Of a DNA stretch of 40,000 bases, positions 1-8,456 are shown one piece after another. Origin of the DNA: Pseudomonas fluorescens (GTDB lineage: Bacteria > Pseudomonadota > Gammaproteobacteria > Pseudomonadales > Pseudomonadaceae); assembly GCF_040448305.1 (NCBI RefSeq), contig NZ_CP148752.1, positions 3,978,534 to 4,018,533 on the forward strand, given 5' to 3'. Below the pieces are notes generated by a model that was not told the DNA's origin, ran no database searches, and saw only the letters and a program-made list of their open reading frames with translations. Positions within the stretch are counted from its first letter, which is position 1. Each line of letters starts with the position of its first letter. A program made the translations under genes and the position numbers.

Positions 1-339
1 GAGCCGGGCCATCCCCAGCAATAACAACATGGCACCCGCCATCATCGTGGCGATTTGCAGACCGTCAACACCATGCTTGGCCGTGACTCCCGCCAGAATC
101 ACGATGAACGCACCTGTCGGTCCGGCAATCTGCAAGCGGCTTCCGCCAAAGAGTGAAACCAGCAGACCACCGATGATTGCGGTGTAGATGCCTTGCTCAG
201 GCTTGACGCCAGATGCAATGGCAAACGCCATTGCAAGGGGGAGCGCCACGACCCCGACGATCACGCCAGACACCAAATTGCGCAGCCAATGCTTTCGCCC
301 CAACAACCCCGCCTTCCATGCCTCACCTATCGCAATCAT
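1..339 (-). CDS. SulP-family inorganic anion transporter, N-terminal 113 codons (rest lies beyond window start)
   Basis: Own translation of the minus strand from ATG at 339: MIAIGEAWKAGLLGRKHWLRNLVSGVIVGVVALPLAMAFAIASGVKPEQGIYTAIIGGLLVSLFGGSRLQIAGPTGAFIVILAG... This is the conserved SulP N-terminal TM pattern. GAGGAG lies 6 nt upstream of the ATG. Absent from the ORF track because there is no stop in the window. Confidence 0.85.
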   Translation of the reverse strand, partial: MIAIGEAWKAGLLGRKHWLRNLVSGVIVGVVALPLAMAFAIASGVKPEQGIYTAIIGGLLVSLFGGSRLQIAGPTGAFIVILAGVTAKHGVDGLQIATMMAGAMLLLLGMARL

Positions 340-414
340 GGCTAGCTCCTCAGTGGATGCATGTGCATAATATTAACATACAGTGATAATTGAAATGCCC
401 TGATCCACTGCTTC

Positions 415-744
415 GTGCGGCTGGAGATGTTTATAGAGAAAGTTCAGATGGAGCTGGGCGGGCATGCACTGCAAATAGAGAATCTTGAGAGCGCGTGTAG
501 CGTGGTGACTGACATGAATCGTAAAACTGTGAAAAGCAAACACGCCGAAGGCGTGACCTTTGACACCCATGTGATCGCAAACCCGACCAACCCCAAGGAG
601 TGGATCGTGTTTTTCAAGAAGGACGCCGGGAGAAGTTATTTCCTGGTTGATGACAACGAGGAAGTCGAGTCTTTCGGGCATCTGGATGACTTGATCGCCG
701 AGCTTCGAGACTTGGGCCTCAAGACCGCTGAAATCCACTTTTAA
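415..744 (+). CDS. hypothetical protein (about 100-109 aa), unknown function
   Basis: ORF-track 109-aa frame with a plausible globular composition (…THVIANPTNPKEWIVFFKKDAGRSYFLVDDNEEVESFGHLDDLIAELRDLGL…). It looks more protein-like than the overlapping minus-strand 127-aa frame. Start is uncertain (GTG 415, ATG 427 or ATG 448). No family recognised. Confidence 0.45.
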   Translation: MRLEMFIEKVQMELGGHALQIENLESACSVVTDMNRKTVKSKHAEGVTFDTHVIANPTNPKEWIVFFKKDAGRSYFLVDDNEEVESFGHLDDLIAELRDLGLKTAEIHF

Positions 745-767
745 CCCTTGGATCACGCCCTGGAGAC

Positions 768-953
768 ATGATCATGTCAGTGAACGTCGAGTACCTGTCC
801 AGTCAAGGCGAAGCTCTTTGGTCTGTATGTTCTGGCATCAGGCGAGTTCAGTTTCGGCATGAAAAAAGTGCTCACGACTTTGCTGCCAAGCTCAAGGAGA
901 GAATCGAGGCTCCGCATGTTTACCCTCAACGTGATCCGCCAGCGATAAATTAG
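768..953 (+). CDS. hypothetical small protein (61 aa)
   Basis: Short ORF 24 nt downstream of the previous one and in the same orientation. No recognisable motif. It may not be coding. Confidence 0.3.
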   Translation: MIMSVNVEYLSSQGEALWSVCSGIRRVQFRHEKSAHDFAAKLKERIEAPHVYPQRDPPAIN

Positions 954-1126
954 CTGCCAGGGACATGCATGTTTGCGTTCAGCGAAGGCAATATAGTGAG
1001 CCGGTGCAACGGCGAACCCTGAGTATTCGTCATCGAGCGCAAGCGCACCTGCAGACGACCAGGTTCGCAAACCCTGAGATCATCTGGATGTAGTACTTTC
1101 ATCAGGTCAACAGAACGGAAGCTGTT

Positions 1127-2200
1127 TTGGAAAGTAGCGCAGGCAAACGAGTTGTTGTCATTGGCGCAGGCATTGTGGGCGCGTCCGTGGCGTATCACCT
1201 GGCAGGCAAAGGCGCGAATGTCATCCTGGTCGAGGCTGAAGGTATAGCGTCCGGCGTGACCGGAAGCTCATTCGCTTGGATCAACACCTCACATAGCGGG
1301 CCCGATCCAATCGCAGAATTGCGTAGCGCCGCCACCCGGGAATACCGCCGCCTCCAAACCGAGCTGCCGGGTCTGAAAGTACGATGGACAGGCTCCCTGT
1401 CTTACAGCGCGAACCTTGATAGAGAGCTGCAAGACTCAGGCAACCCGCCTTCGGCAACCCTGGTATCTCGCTCCCGGATACTCGGTCTTGAGCCGAACCT
1501 CAAGAATCCCCCTCAACATGCCTTATATGAAGCCGAAGAAGGCGCGCTGGACGCAGTGGAAGCAACTCACGCCTTGATCGCAGGAGCCCGGAATCATGGC
1601 GCGAAAGTTCTTACGCATACTAAGGTGCTTGGCTTTTCAACTCAGAACGCAAAGGTGATGGGAGTCGAAACCGTAACGGGCATCATCGATGCAGACATTG
1701 TCGTACTGGCAGCGGGGACAGGCATCACGAAGCTGACTGAGAAGTTAAAGATATCCCTGCCAATAGAGGCCTCTGCGGCAATACTCATCCGCTACAAGAC
1801 ACAACCCAACCTCGTGAACACCATCATCTCCAGCCCTCAAATGGAAGTAAGGCAAAGCACCGATGGTACGTTGCTGGCGGCGGAAGATTATTTGGGAGAC
1901 TCCCTGGAAAACCAGCCAGTAGAGATAGCGCTACGAACTGCCCGGGCCATCCAGAACGAACTCTATGGGATTACTTCCATTGATCCAGAATTGGCTTGTG
2001 TCGGACTCAGGCCAATTCCTGTCGATGGTATCCCCATCATCGGCTATCTACCCGATATCGGCGGAGTGTACGTTTGCGCAATGCATCCTGGCGTCACTCT
2101 GGCGGCGATTGTGGGCCGTCTTGCCAGCGAGGAAATAGTCAATAACAAGGCATCCTCGGCCCTTGACTCGTGTCGCCCCGACCGATTCTTCCAGACATGA
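1127..2200 (+). CDS. FAD-dependent oxidoreductase (DAO / D-amino-acid-oxidase-like family)
   Basis: N-terminal dinucleotide fold KRVVVIGAGIVGASVAYHLAGKGANVILVE (GxGxxG followed by an acidic residue). Length of 357 aa is typical of the DAO family. TTG start as given by the track, with GGAAG upstream. Confidence 0.8.
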   Translation: MESSAGKRVVVIGAGIVGASVAYHLAGKGANVILVEAEGIASGVTGSSFAWINTSHSGPDPIAELRSAATREYRRLQTELPGLKVRWTGSLSYSANLDRELQDSGNPPSATLVSRSRILGLEPNLKNPPQHALYEAEEGALDAVEATHALIAGARNHGAKVLTHTKVLGFSTQNAKVMGVETVTGIIDADIVVLAAGTGITKLTEKLKISLPIEASAAILIRYKTQPNLVNTIISSPQMEVRQSTDGTLLAAEDYLGDSLENQPVEIALRTARAIQNELYGITSIDPELACVGLRPIPVDGIPIIGYLPDIGGVYVCAMHPGVTLAAIVGRLASEEIVNNKASSALDSCRPDRFFQT

Positions 2201-2659
2201 GTTCACTTGTCTTTCTCGCAAGCCCACTTCTCGCGATCAACAGTTTGAGTTCGAAGCTGTACTTTTCCAGGCGAGTCCCTCAGCGTGCCACCAGCGGAAT
2301 CAAGTCGATTTCGTTCAGTCGTGACAGACTGCTTTCGGCCAGGACCGGCCCTTCTCGACCAGTTAAATCCATGTCGCCTTTCTACCCGGCCGCCTGTGCA
2401 GGTTCAGCCTCAGCTCGACGCGCTGGCGGTTAAAGCCCCGGCGACCTTGAACTTCAGCGCCATGTCCTCATTCCCAAGCGGAACAGGCGGCGCCGCTCCT
2501 TCGCGTCATCCCGTCTCCCCCTCCCAGTAGTCTGAAACTCCCACCCCGCCTGGGAGTATCGGCCGATGTATATCGCCCGGCGTTTATCCATAGTTGTGGC
2601 ACGTACCTGAAAAAGGTCCACGGTCCGCTTTGGTGACTGCAATTGCTTTGGAGAACGTC

Positions 2660-5600
2660 ATGGCTACTCACAAAAAAAACTCGTCGCTAACGAACGATCT
2701 GCCCCCCCTAAACACTCCGTCACTCACCACTGACCTCAACGATTCAGTGGTGACAACATCGGTTACAGCCAGCGCTTTGGGCGTCGTGGCGACCGGCGCG
2801 GACGTCACGCTGGACGAATCGGCCGGGTTGCAGAACGCCACTGCCACGCCAACCCCTGCGGGGGACGCTGACGACAACGACATTCTGGTGGCGTCCCTGC
2901 CCACGAGCTTCGCTGACCGTTTGGCCGGACTTGGGGCAGGTACCGCAACGGGCGCAGCCTTGAGCGGCTATACCGGTGCCGTTGGCAACACCGGCAGCGA
3001 TGCATTCACCATCACCGCTGCCCCCGGAGCAAACATTACCGATATCAGCTTCACCGACAGTTCAGGCGCACCGCTCGATGGCCAGGACAGCGGACTGGAT
3101 ACCCTCGATGGCACCAGCATCTTTCTCTATACCGACACGAACGACAACAACATCGTTTTGGGTCGAGCCGGGGGCCCGGCCGGCGCGATCGTGTTCGCTG
3201 CCTACATTGAAGAAACCGGTTCGCCGGTCACGGGCGGCAAGATCTGGGTCGTGGAATACCAACCACTCAGCCATCCAGATAGTACGAACGCCGATGATTC
3301 GGTCAATCTGCTGGATAAGGTTTTCATCGGCACCAGCCAGGACCTGGAATTCAGTCTGGCCAATGCACCCTCCGGTCAGAACCTGTTCCTGATGTTCACG
3401 AAATTGAACCCGGAAACTGAAATTGTCGATGGTGTCACGCGGATCACGGATCCCACCATCATTGCCACCGGCAAGGACCCCGCAGACCAGTCAAGCGGCG
3501 TCAACATAAACACTGGCGACACGATCAATACCAGCCAGGCGGGTGGCCCGACCACCTTCGGCACCAACAATCAGATGATTGTGGAACAAGAGGGCATTCG
3601 CTTTTCGTTCGTCACGGGTGCCAGACAGGATGTGACCATTCCCAGCCTGGATCAGAACGAAGCAGATCTTGAATCCAACATCGACTTTACCAACGTCTAC
3701 AACACGACGTCGGCCAATTTCGACGTTGTGCAATTGCAAAGCGGCAAGAGCGCTATCGTAAAAATCAGCGCATTCAGTACCGCTGCTGAACCTGGCACGG
3801 ATTTCATCAACGGATACGCGGACGATACGCCGGTTGCAATCACCAATGTGCGCGTCATCAACAATAGCACCGGGCTGGTGATCGAGAATTCAGACGGCTC
3901 GGTGAATGATCCCGCCATTTCCATCAGCTTTACTCCTGAAGGGGTTGCCACCATCACCGGCGTTAAAGCCGGCTACCAGATTGAATACACCACAACGTCG
4001 GATCACAACCGCGTGCTCGTCGAGAACGGGGCGGCCGTCAATGCCAGGGGCAATGATCACGCCGACTTTGATATCGGTGGTTTCACGCTGGTCCAAGCCT
4101 CTGTTACGACCACCGAAATCGGCTCCCAGATGATCTTCGACGACGACGGACCGAGCATCAGCCCCACCGGCACGGAGCCGACGCTGACGGTGGATGAGAC
4201 GGTACTGTTGACCAACGATGCCCAGAGCTTTGCCGCCAACTTCAATTCAGAGTTTGGTGCGGATGGGGCTGGCACCCTGACCTATGCGCTGGGCGTGGTG
4301 GCCGGAGCCTCCGGGCTGACTGACACGGCCACGGGCGACGCAGTGAACCTGTCGCTCAACGGCACCGTGGTGGAAGGTCGCACGGCCACGGACAACCTGC
4401 TGGTGTTCACGGTCAGCGTGGCCGCCAATGGTGTCGTCACGCTTGACCAGATCCGGGCGGTGGTGCATCCCGATACAACCAATCCTGATGATTCGACGAG
4501 CCTGACCTCGGACAACCTGGTGACGCTGACGGCGACCATTACCGATGGGGACGGCGACAGCGCCCCGGCGACGTTGAACATCGGGCACAACCTGGTGTTC
4601 AAGGACGACGGACCGAGCATCACCACTACCGGCACGGAACCAACGCTGACGGTGGACGAGACGGTACTGTTGACCAACGATACCCAGAGCTTTGCCGCCA
4701 ACTTCAATTCAGAGTTTGGCGCGGATGGGGCTGGCACGCTGACCTATGCGCTGGGCGTGGTGGCCGGAGCCTCCGGGCTGACCGACACGGCCACGGGCGA
4801 CGCGGTGAACCTGTCGCTCAATGGCACCGTTGTGGAAGGTCGCACGGCCACGGACAACCTGCTGGTGTTCACCGTCAGCGTCGCCGTCAATGGCAGCGTC
4901 ACGCTCAACCAGATTCGCGCCGTAGTGCATCCCGACCCAACCAATCCCGATGATTCGACGAGCCTGACCTCGGACAACCTGGTGACGCTGACGGCGACCA
5001 TTACCGACAAGGAGGGCGACAGCGACCAGGCAACGTTGAACATCGGGCAGAATCTGGTGTTCAAGGACGACGGACCGAGCATCACCACTACCGGCACGGA
5101 GCCGACGCTGACGGTGGACGAGACGGTACTGTTGACCAACGATACCCAGAGCTTTGCCGCCAACTTCAATTCAGGGTTTGGTGCTGATGGGGCTGGCACC
5201 CTGACCTATGCGCTGGGCGTGGTGGCCGGAGCCTCCGGGCTGACGGACACGGCCTCGGGCCAGGCGGTGAACCTGTCGCTCAATGGCACCGTGGTGGAAG
5301 GCCGCACGGCCACGGGCAACCTGCTGGTGTTCACGGTCAGCGTCGCCGCCAATGGCAGCGTCACGCTCGACCAGCTCCGCGCCGTGGTGCATTCCGACCC
5401 AGCCAATCCCGATGATTCGAGGAGTTTGACCTCGGACAACCTGGTGACGCTGACGGCGACCATTACCGACAGGGACGGCGACAGCGCCCCAGCGACGCTG
5501 AACATCGGGCATAACCTGGTGTTCAGGGATGACGGCCCGGCACTCGCTTTCGGCAACCTGATCGGGACCGGTAGCGTCCTGGCGCAATCCGGGTTCTGGA

Positions 5601-6895
5601 ATATGGCGACGGGAGCCGACGAGCTGGGTGCGGCCGGTCTGGATATTTCGTTGGTCAATAACCAGTTCACCCTCGTCAGGCCAGACAATACGACCACGAC
5701 CGGGACCGGCACGCTCACCGAGCTGGCGCTGTCACCGGATGCTAATGGCGCGTACCAATTCGCGGGAACCTTGACCGGTGATTTCGACAACAACGCCGCA
5801 ACGGCGAACACCACCGTCGACTACACGCTGACCGCCTATGCCGATGGCCGCTATGCACTGGATCTGGTGCAAGGCTTCCGTTCGACGATCGTGCTCAGCA
5901 GTGCCGACGGCTCGCTCGCGGCCGGCGGCCCGGATCCAGTGCGCACATTGTTGATTCCGCAGACGAGTAACCCGGCTATTCCTTCGGCCTCCGAGGAGAT
6001 TGTGTTCTTTTCCGCGACGGCGCTTGCGTCGACTGCGGACATCCTGACCGGCATCGGGCTCGGAGCACCCGACCCCACCGAAGCCGCGCTACAAACCAAC
6101 CCCCTGCCGTCGTACATCGACCCGAGGGCCATGAACGTCAGCACGTCCGGCATCGGCGTCGCCAATAACGTGTTCCAGGGAGATAACCTGGCGGCAATCA
6201 GCGCCGCCGATGAAAGTTTCGTCATCAACCCAGAGAGCCTGTTGACAGCAATGAAGGTCTTCATCGACAACTCCGTGGCGGGTTACAACACGGCGACCGA
6301 GGACCTGTACTACAGGATCTACTACGCGGATGGGACGTTTTCGGACCGCGTCGAGGTGAACACCCTGACGCCGGAGGCTGGCGGGCAGGTGTCCTTCCTC
6401 GTCGAGAAGGCGGGGGCGTCACTGATCGACGCTGTTCAGCTGACGATGGGCCGTGGCGATATCAAGATCCCGGTGATCCAGTTCATTCAGGAGAGCGAGA
6501 GTCTGGCCAGCGATGTCCAGCTGGCGTTCAGCGCGACGCTGACGGACAAGGACGGGGACTCGGCGACGAGTGCGTTTGACGCCAACCTGTTCGCCAACGA
6601 ACCGGCCAACGCACCCTTCGACTTCACGCTGGCGGGCACGATCGGTGAACAGGATGCGTTCAACATCGATCTGTCAGTCAATGAGATCCTGTACCAGGTC
6701 ACCGGCTTCGATGTGGGCGCTGGCGTGCAAGACAAGCTGGTGCTCAACGGCGACCCGAACGCCGTTGTCCAATCGATCGACAACACCGGCGCAGACAGCG
6801 TCGTGACGGTTGCCGAGTCTGGCGGACAAGCAACGACCATCACCTTGGTCGGGGTCGATCTTCAGAGTACCGACATCTTTTTTGGCAGCGTTTGA
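2660..6895 (+). CDS. large repetitive secreted protein, DUF5801 / T1SS-143-type repeats, probable type I secretion substrate (1411 aa)
   Basis: ATG at 2660 is preceded by GGAGAA; the track start at 2594 is an upstream extension. No signal peptide. The repeated module is DDGPS…TLTVDET…FGADGAG…SGL…G..V.L…G.VVEG…LVFTV…G.VTL.Q.RAV.HPD..NPDD…TATITD.DGDS…NIG.NLVF. The C-terminal end-module is …DKLVLNG…GADSVVTV…TITLVGVDLQSTDIFFGSV. Confidence 0.85.
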   Translation: MATHKKNSSLTNDLPPLNTPSLTTDLNDSVVTTSVTASALGVVATGADVTLDESAGLQNATATPTPAGDADDNDILVASLPTSFADRLAGLGAGTATGAALSGYTGAVGNTGSDAFTITAAPGANITDISFTDSSGAPLDGQDSGLDTLDGTSIFLYTDTNDNNIVLGRAGGPAGAIVFAAYIEETGSPVTGGKIWVVEYQPLSHPDSTNADDSVNLLDKVFIGTSQDLEFSLANAPSGQNLFLMFTKLNPETEIVDGVTRITDPTIIATGKDPADQSSGVNINTGDTINTSQAGGPTTFGTNNQMIVEQEGIRFSFVTGARQDVTIPSLDQNEADLESNIDFTNVYNTTSANFDVVQLQSGKSAIVKISAFSTAAEPGTDFINGYADDTPVAITNVRVINNSTGLVIENSDGSVNDPAISISFTPEGVATITGVKAGYQIEYTTTSDHNRVLVENGAAVNARGNDHADFDIGGFTLVQASVTTTEIGSQMIFDDDGPSISPTGTEPTLTVDETVLLTNDAQSFAANFNSEFGADGAGTLTYALGVVAGASGLTDTATGDAVNLSLNGTVVEGRTATDNLLVFTVSVAANGVVTLDQIRAVVHPDTTNPDDSTSLTSDNLVTLTATITDGDGDSAPATLNIGHNLVFKDDGPSITTTGTEPTLTVDETVLLTNDTQSFAANFNSEFGADGAGTLTYALGVVAGASGLTDTATGDAVNLSLNGTVVEGRTATDNLLVFTVSVAVNGSVTLNQIRAVVHPDPTNPDDSTSLTSDNLVTLTATITDKEGDSDQATLNIGQNLVFKDDGPSITTTGTEPTLTVDETVLLTNDTQSFAANFNSGFGADGAGTLTYALGVVAGASGLTDTASGQAVNLSLNGTVVEGRTATGNLLVFTVSVAANGSVTLDQLRAVVHSDPANPDDSRSLTSDNLVTLTATITDRDGDSAPATLNIGHNLVFRDDGPALAFGNLIGTGSVLAQSGFWNMATGADELGAAGLDISLVNNQFTLVRPDNTTTTGTGTLTELALSPDANGAYQFAGTLTGDFDNNAATANTTVDYTLTAYADGRYALDLVQGFRSTIVLSSADGSLAAGGPDPVRTLLIPQTSNPAIPSASEEIVFFSATALASTADILTGIGLGAPDPTEAALQTNPLPSYIDPRAMNVSTSGIGVANNVFQGDNLAAISAADESFVINPESLLTAMKVFIDNSVAGYNTATEDLYYRIYYADGTFSDRVEVNTLTPEAGGQVSFLVEKAGASLIDAVQLTMGRGDIKIPVIQFIQESESLASDVQLAFSATLTDKDGDSATSAFDANLFANEPANAPFDFTLAGTIGEQDAFNIDLSVNEILYQVTGFDVGAGVQDKLVLNGDPNAVVQSIDNTGADSVVTVAESGGQATTITLVGVDLQSTDIFFGSV
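4142..5527 (+). repeat. 3 x 462-bp (154-aa) in-frame tandem repeat inside the 2660..6895 gene
   Basis: GACGACGGACCGAGC recurs at 4142, 4604 and 5066, and the related GATGACGGCCCG at 5528. The spacing is exactly 462 bp. The protein copies differ by roughly ten residues each. Confidence 0.95.
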
Positions 6896-6917
6896 GGTTT
6901 TGCGCGCGTGAACGGAT

Positions 6918-6956
6918 GCGAGGGTGGCCTAGGAAACCACCCTCGCATTCTTTTTG
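6918..6956 (+). terminator. rho-independent terminator of the 2660..6895 gene
   Basis: Perfect 10-bp stem GCGAGGGTGG (6918-6927) / CCACCCTCGC (6937-6946) with a 9-nt loop, followed by ATTCTTTTTG. It begins 23 nt after the stop codon. Confidence 0.85.
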
Positions 6957-7241
6957 CGGTTCTGAGGCTAGCCCCCATGATCGCATGCGCTGTGAACTGG
7001 CGAGCAGCACAAGTCTTTCGGTTCAACATCCCCATCAACGTGCCCATCGTCCGAATGCGAAAGGCACTGATCCGCTGCCTTACGGGGCGTCAATACGGAT
7101 CGATCACCACGCAGTTATCCGCTCACTTGCACAGCCGCTAGTGCCGGGTAACAGCTGAACACGTCGGCATCCTCAGCAAAGAACACACTTTCATACGGCC
7201 AGTAGTCAGTGCGCCGACGCATTTCACAATCTTCTCGTAAT

Positions 7242-7272
7242 AAAAACGGGCGCCTTATCGGGCCCGTTTTTT
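7242..7272. terminator. bidirectional intrinsic-terminator-like hairpin with no obvious gene to terminate
   Basis: AAAAACGGGC (7242-7251) pairs with GCCCGTTTTT (7262-7271) across a 10-nt loop. An A-run lies on the left and a T-run on the right. Confidence 0.55.
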
Positions 7273-7411
7273 GTTTCGGCAAACTTTGTTTCACATTTAA
7301 AACAAATTCGTTATTTCCACACGCTCAGCGTTACTTAAAAAAGCACTGCCTGCTCGAAAATCATCGAGCCTCGCACAATCGATGTGCAATTTCGTGCCAT
7401 ATAAGAAACTA

Positions 7412-7429
7412 CGTTTCATATATGAAACG
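7412..7429. promoter_or_regulatory. perfect 18-bp palindrome, candidate operator (IclR-type?) in the operon promoter region
   Basis: CGTTTCATATATGAAACG is its own reverse complement. It lies in the AT-rich gap about 135 nt upstream of the first operon gene. A second inverted repeat, TTTGTTT-N8-AAACAAA, is at 7285-7306. Confidence 0.5.
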
Positions 7430-7565
7430 CCATCAAATCTTTAAATAACTCTTAAATCGTTGTTTTTAAATGGTTTTCCAACATAAAAACGAATCAGCCA
7501 ATCTCTGGCATTGTTCATGCACTAAACACCGTATCACCTATAAAACAGACCAGAGACCCTTCCCA

Positions 7566-8417
7566 ATGGCTGTGAAAGAGATGTACGCCGTCACCCCTCA
7601 ATGGAACAACTCCGCTCCCAAGGAAGACCTGGAGCCCACCGAAATTGAATTTCGCAATGTCGGTAAATGTTTTCCGGCCAAGGGCAAGCCCGAAGCGCCG
7701 TTCGCCATTCGCGGGGTCAACTTCAAGATTCGCCGTGGTGAAGTGGTGTCGATCATCGGCCCTTCCGGTTGCGGCAAGAGCACCATCCTCAATATGGGTT
7801 CCGGCCTCTATCGTCCGACCGAAGGCGAAGTGTTCGTCGGTGGTGAAGCGGTCACCGGCCCGGTCCGTCAGGTCGCGTTCATGCTGCAAAAAGACCTGTT
7901 GATGCCGTGGCGCAGTATTCGCCGCAACGTTGAACTGGGCCTGGAAATACAAGGTGTGGCGGCCGCCAAACGTCAGGCCGTGGCCAAAGATCTGCTCGAT
8001 CGTTGCCACCTGCAAGGCTTTGCCGACCATTACCCGTTCCAGCTGTCGGGTGGCATGCGCCAGCGTGCTGCCCTGGCCCGCACCTTGGCAATCGACCCGC
8101 AAGTGCTGTTCCTCGACGAGCCATTCTCGGCGCTGGATGCGCAGACCAAGATGATCCTGCAACAGGACATGGCGCGGATGCTGTTTGATGAAAAGAAAAC
8201 CGCACTGTTCATTACCCATGACCTGATCGAAGGCATCGCCATGTCGGATCGGCTGCTGGTCATGAGCGCCCGCCCCGGCACCATCATCGAAGAAATCAAC
8301 ATTGATCTGCCGTTCCGCGACAACCCGCTGGAGCGCCGCAAGCTGCCGGAGATCGGCCCGCTGGTCGGTCGCCTGATGGAGTTGCTGCAAGTCAGTGAAG
8401 ACACCGAACTGCATTGA
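7566..8417 (+). CDS. ABC transporter ATP-binding protein (NitT/TauT nitrate/sulfonate/bicarbonate-type)
   Basis: Walker A GPSGCGKST, ABC signature LSGGMRQR, Walker B LFLDEPFSALD. ATG 7566 (MAVKEM…) is preferred over track start 7470, which lies in the AT-rich promoter region. Confidence 0.9.
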   Translation: MAVKEMYAVTPQWNNSAPKEDLEPTEIEFRNVGKCFPAKGKPEAPFAIRGVNFKIRRGEVVSIIGPSGCGKSTILNMGSGLYRPTEGEVFVGGEAVTGPVRQVAFMLQKDLLMPWRSIRRNVELGLEIQGVAAAKRQAVAKDLLDRCHLQGFADHYPFQLSGGMRQRAALARTLAIDPQVLFLDEPFSALDAQTKMILQQDMARMLFDEKKTALFITHDLIEGIAMSDRLLVMSARPGTIIEEINIDLPFRDNPLERRKLPEIGPLVGRLMELLQVSEDTELH

Positions 8418-8456
8418 TCCACGCCCGTGTGGCCATCAACCGATTGAGGAGTACGC

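Noticed and set aside
373-756. 127-aa minus-strand ORF overlapping the 415..744 ORF
   Set aside because: Its composition is less protein-like (His/Cys/Gln-rich with irregular hydrophobicity) than the + strand frame. Only one of the two can be real, and the + frame was preferred with low confidence.
2170-2671. Possible IS3-family transposase remnant
   Set aside because: Only faint word-level resemblance was seen. There is no DDE motif, no terminal inverted repeats and no target duplication. It is kept only as a low-interest finding, not as a mobile-element feature.
6892-7158. + strand ORFs of 88 aa and 77 aa (6908..7141), and the minus 61-aa ORF 6862..7047
   Set aside because: They start inside or span the adhesin stop and its terminator hairpin. 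They have biased Arg/Cys/His composition and lack an RBS.
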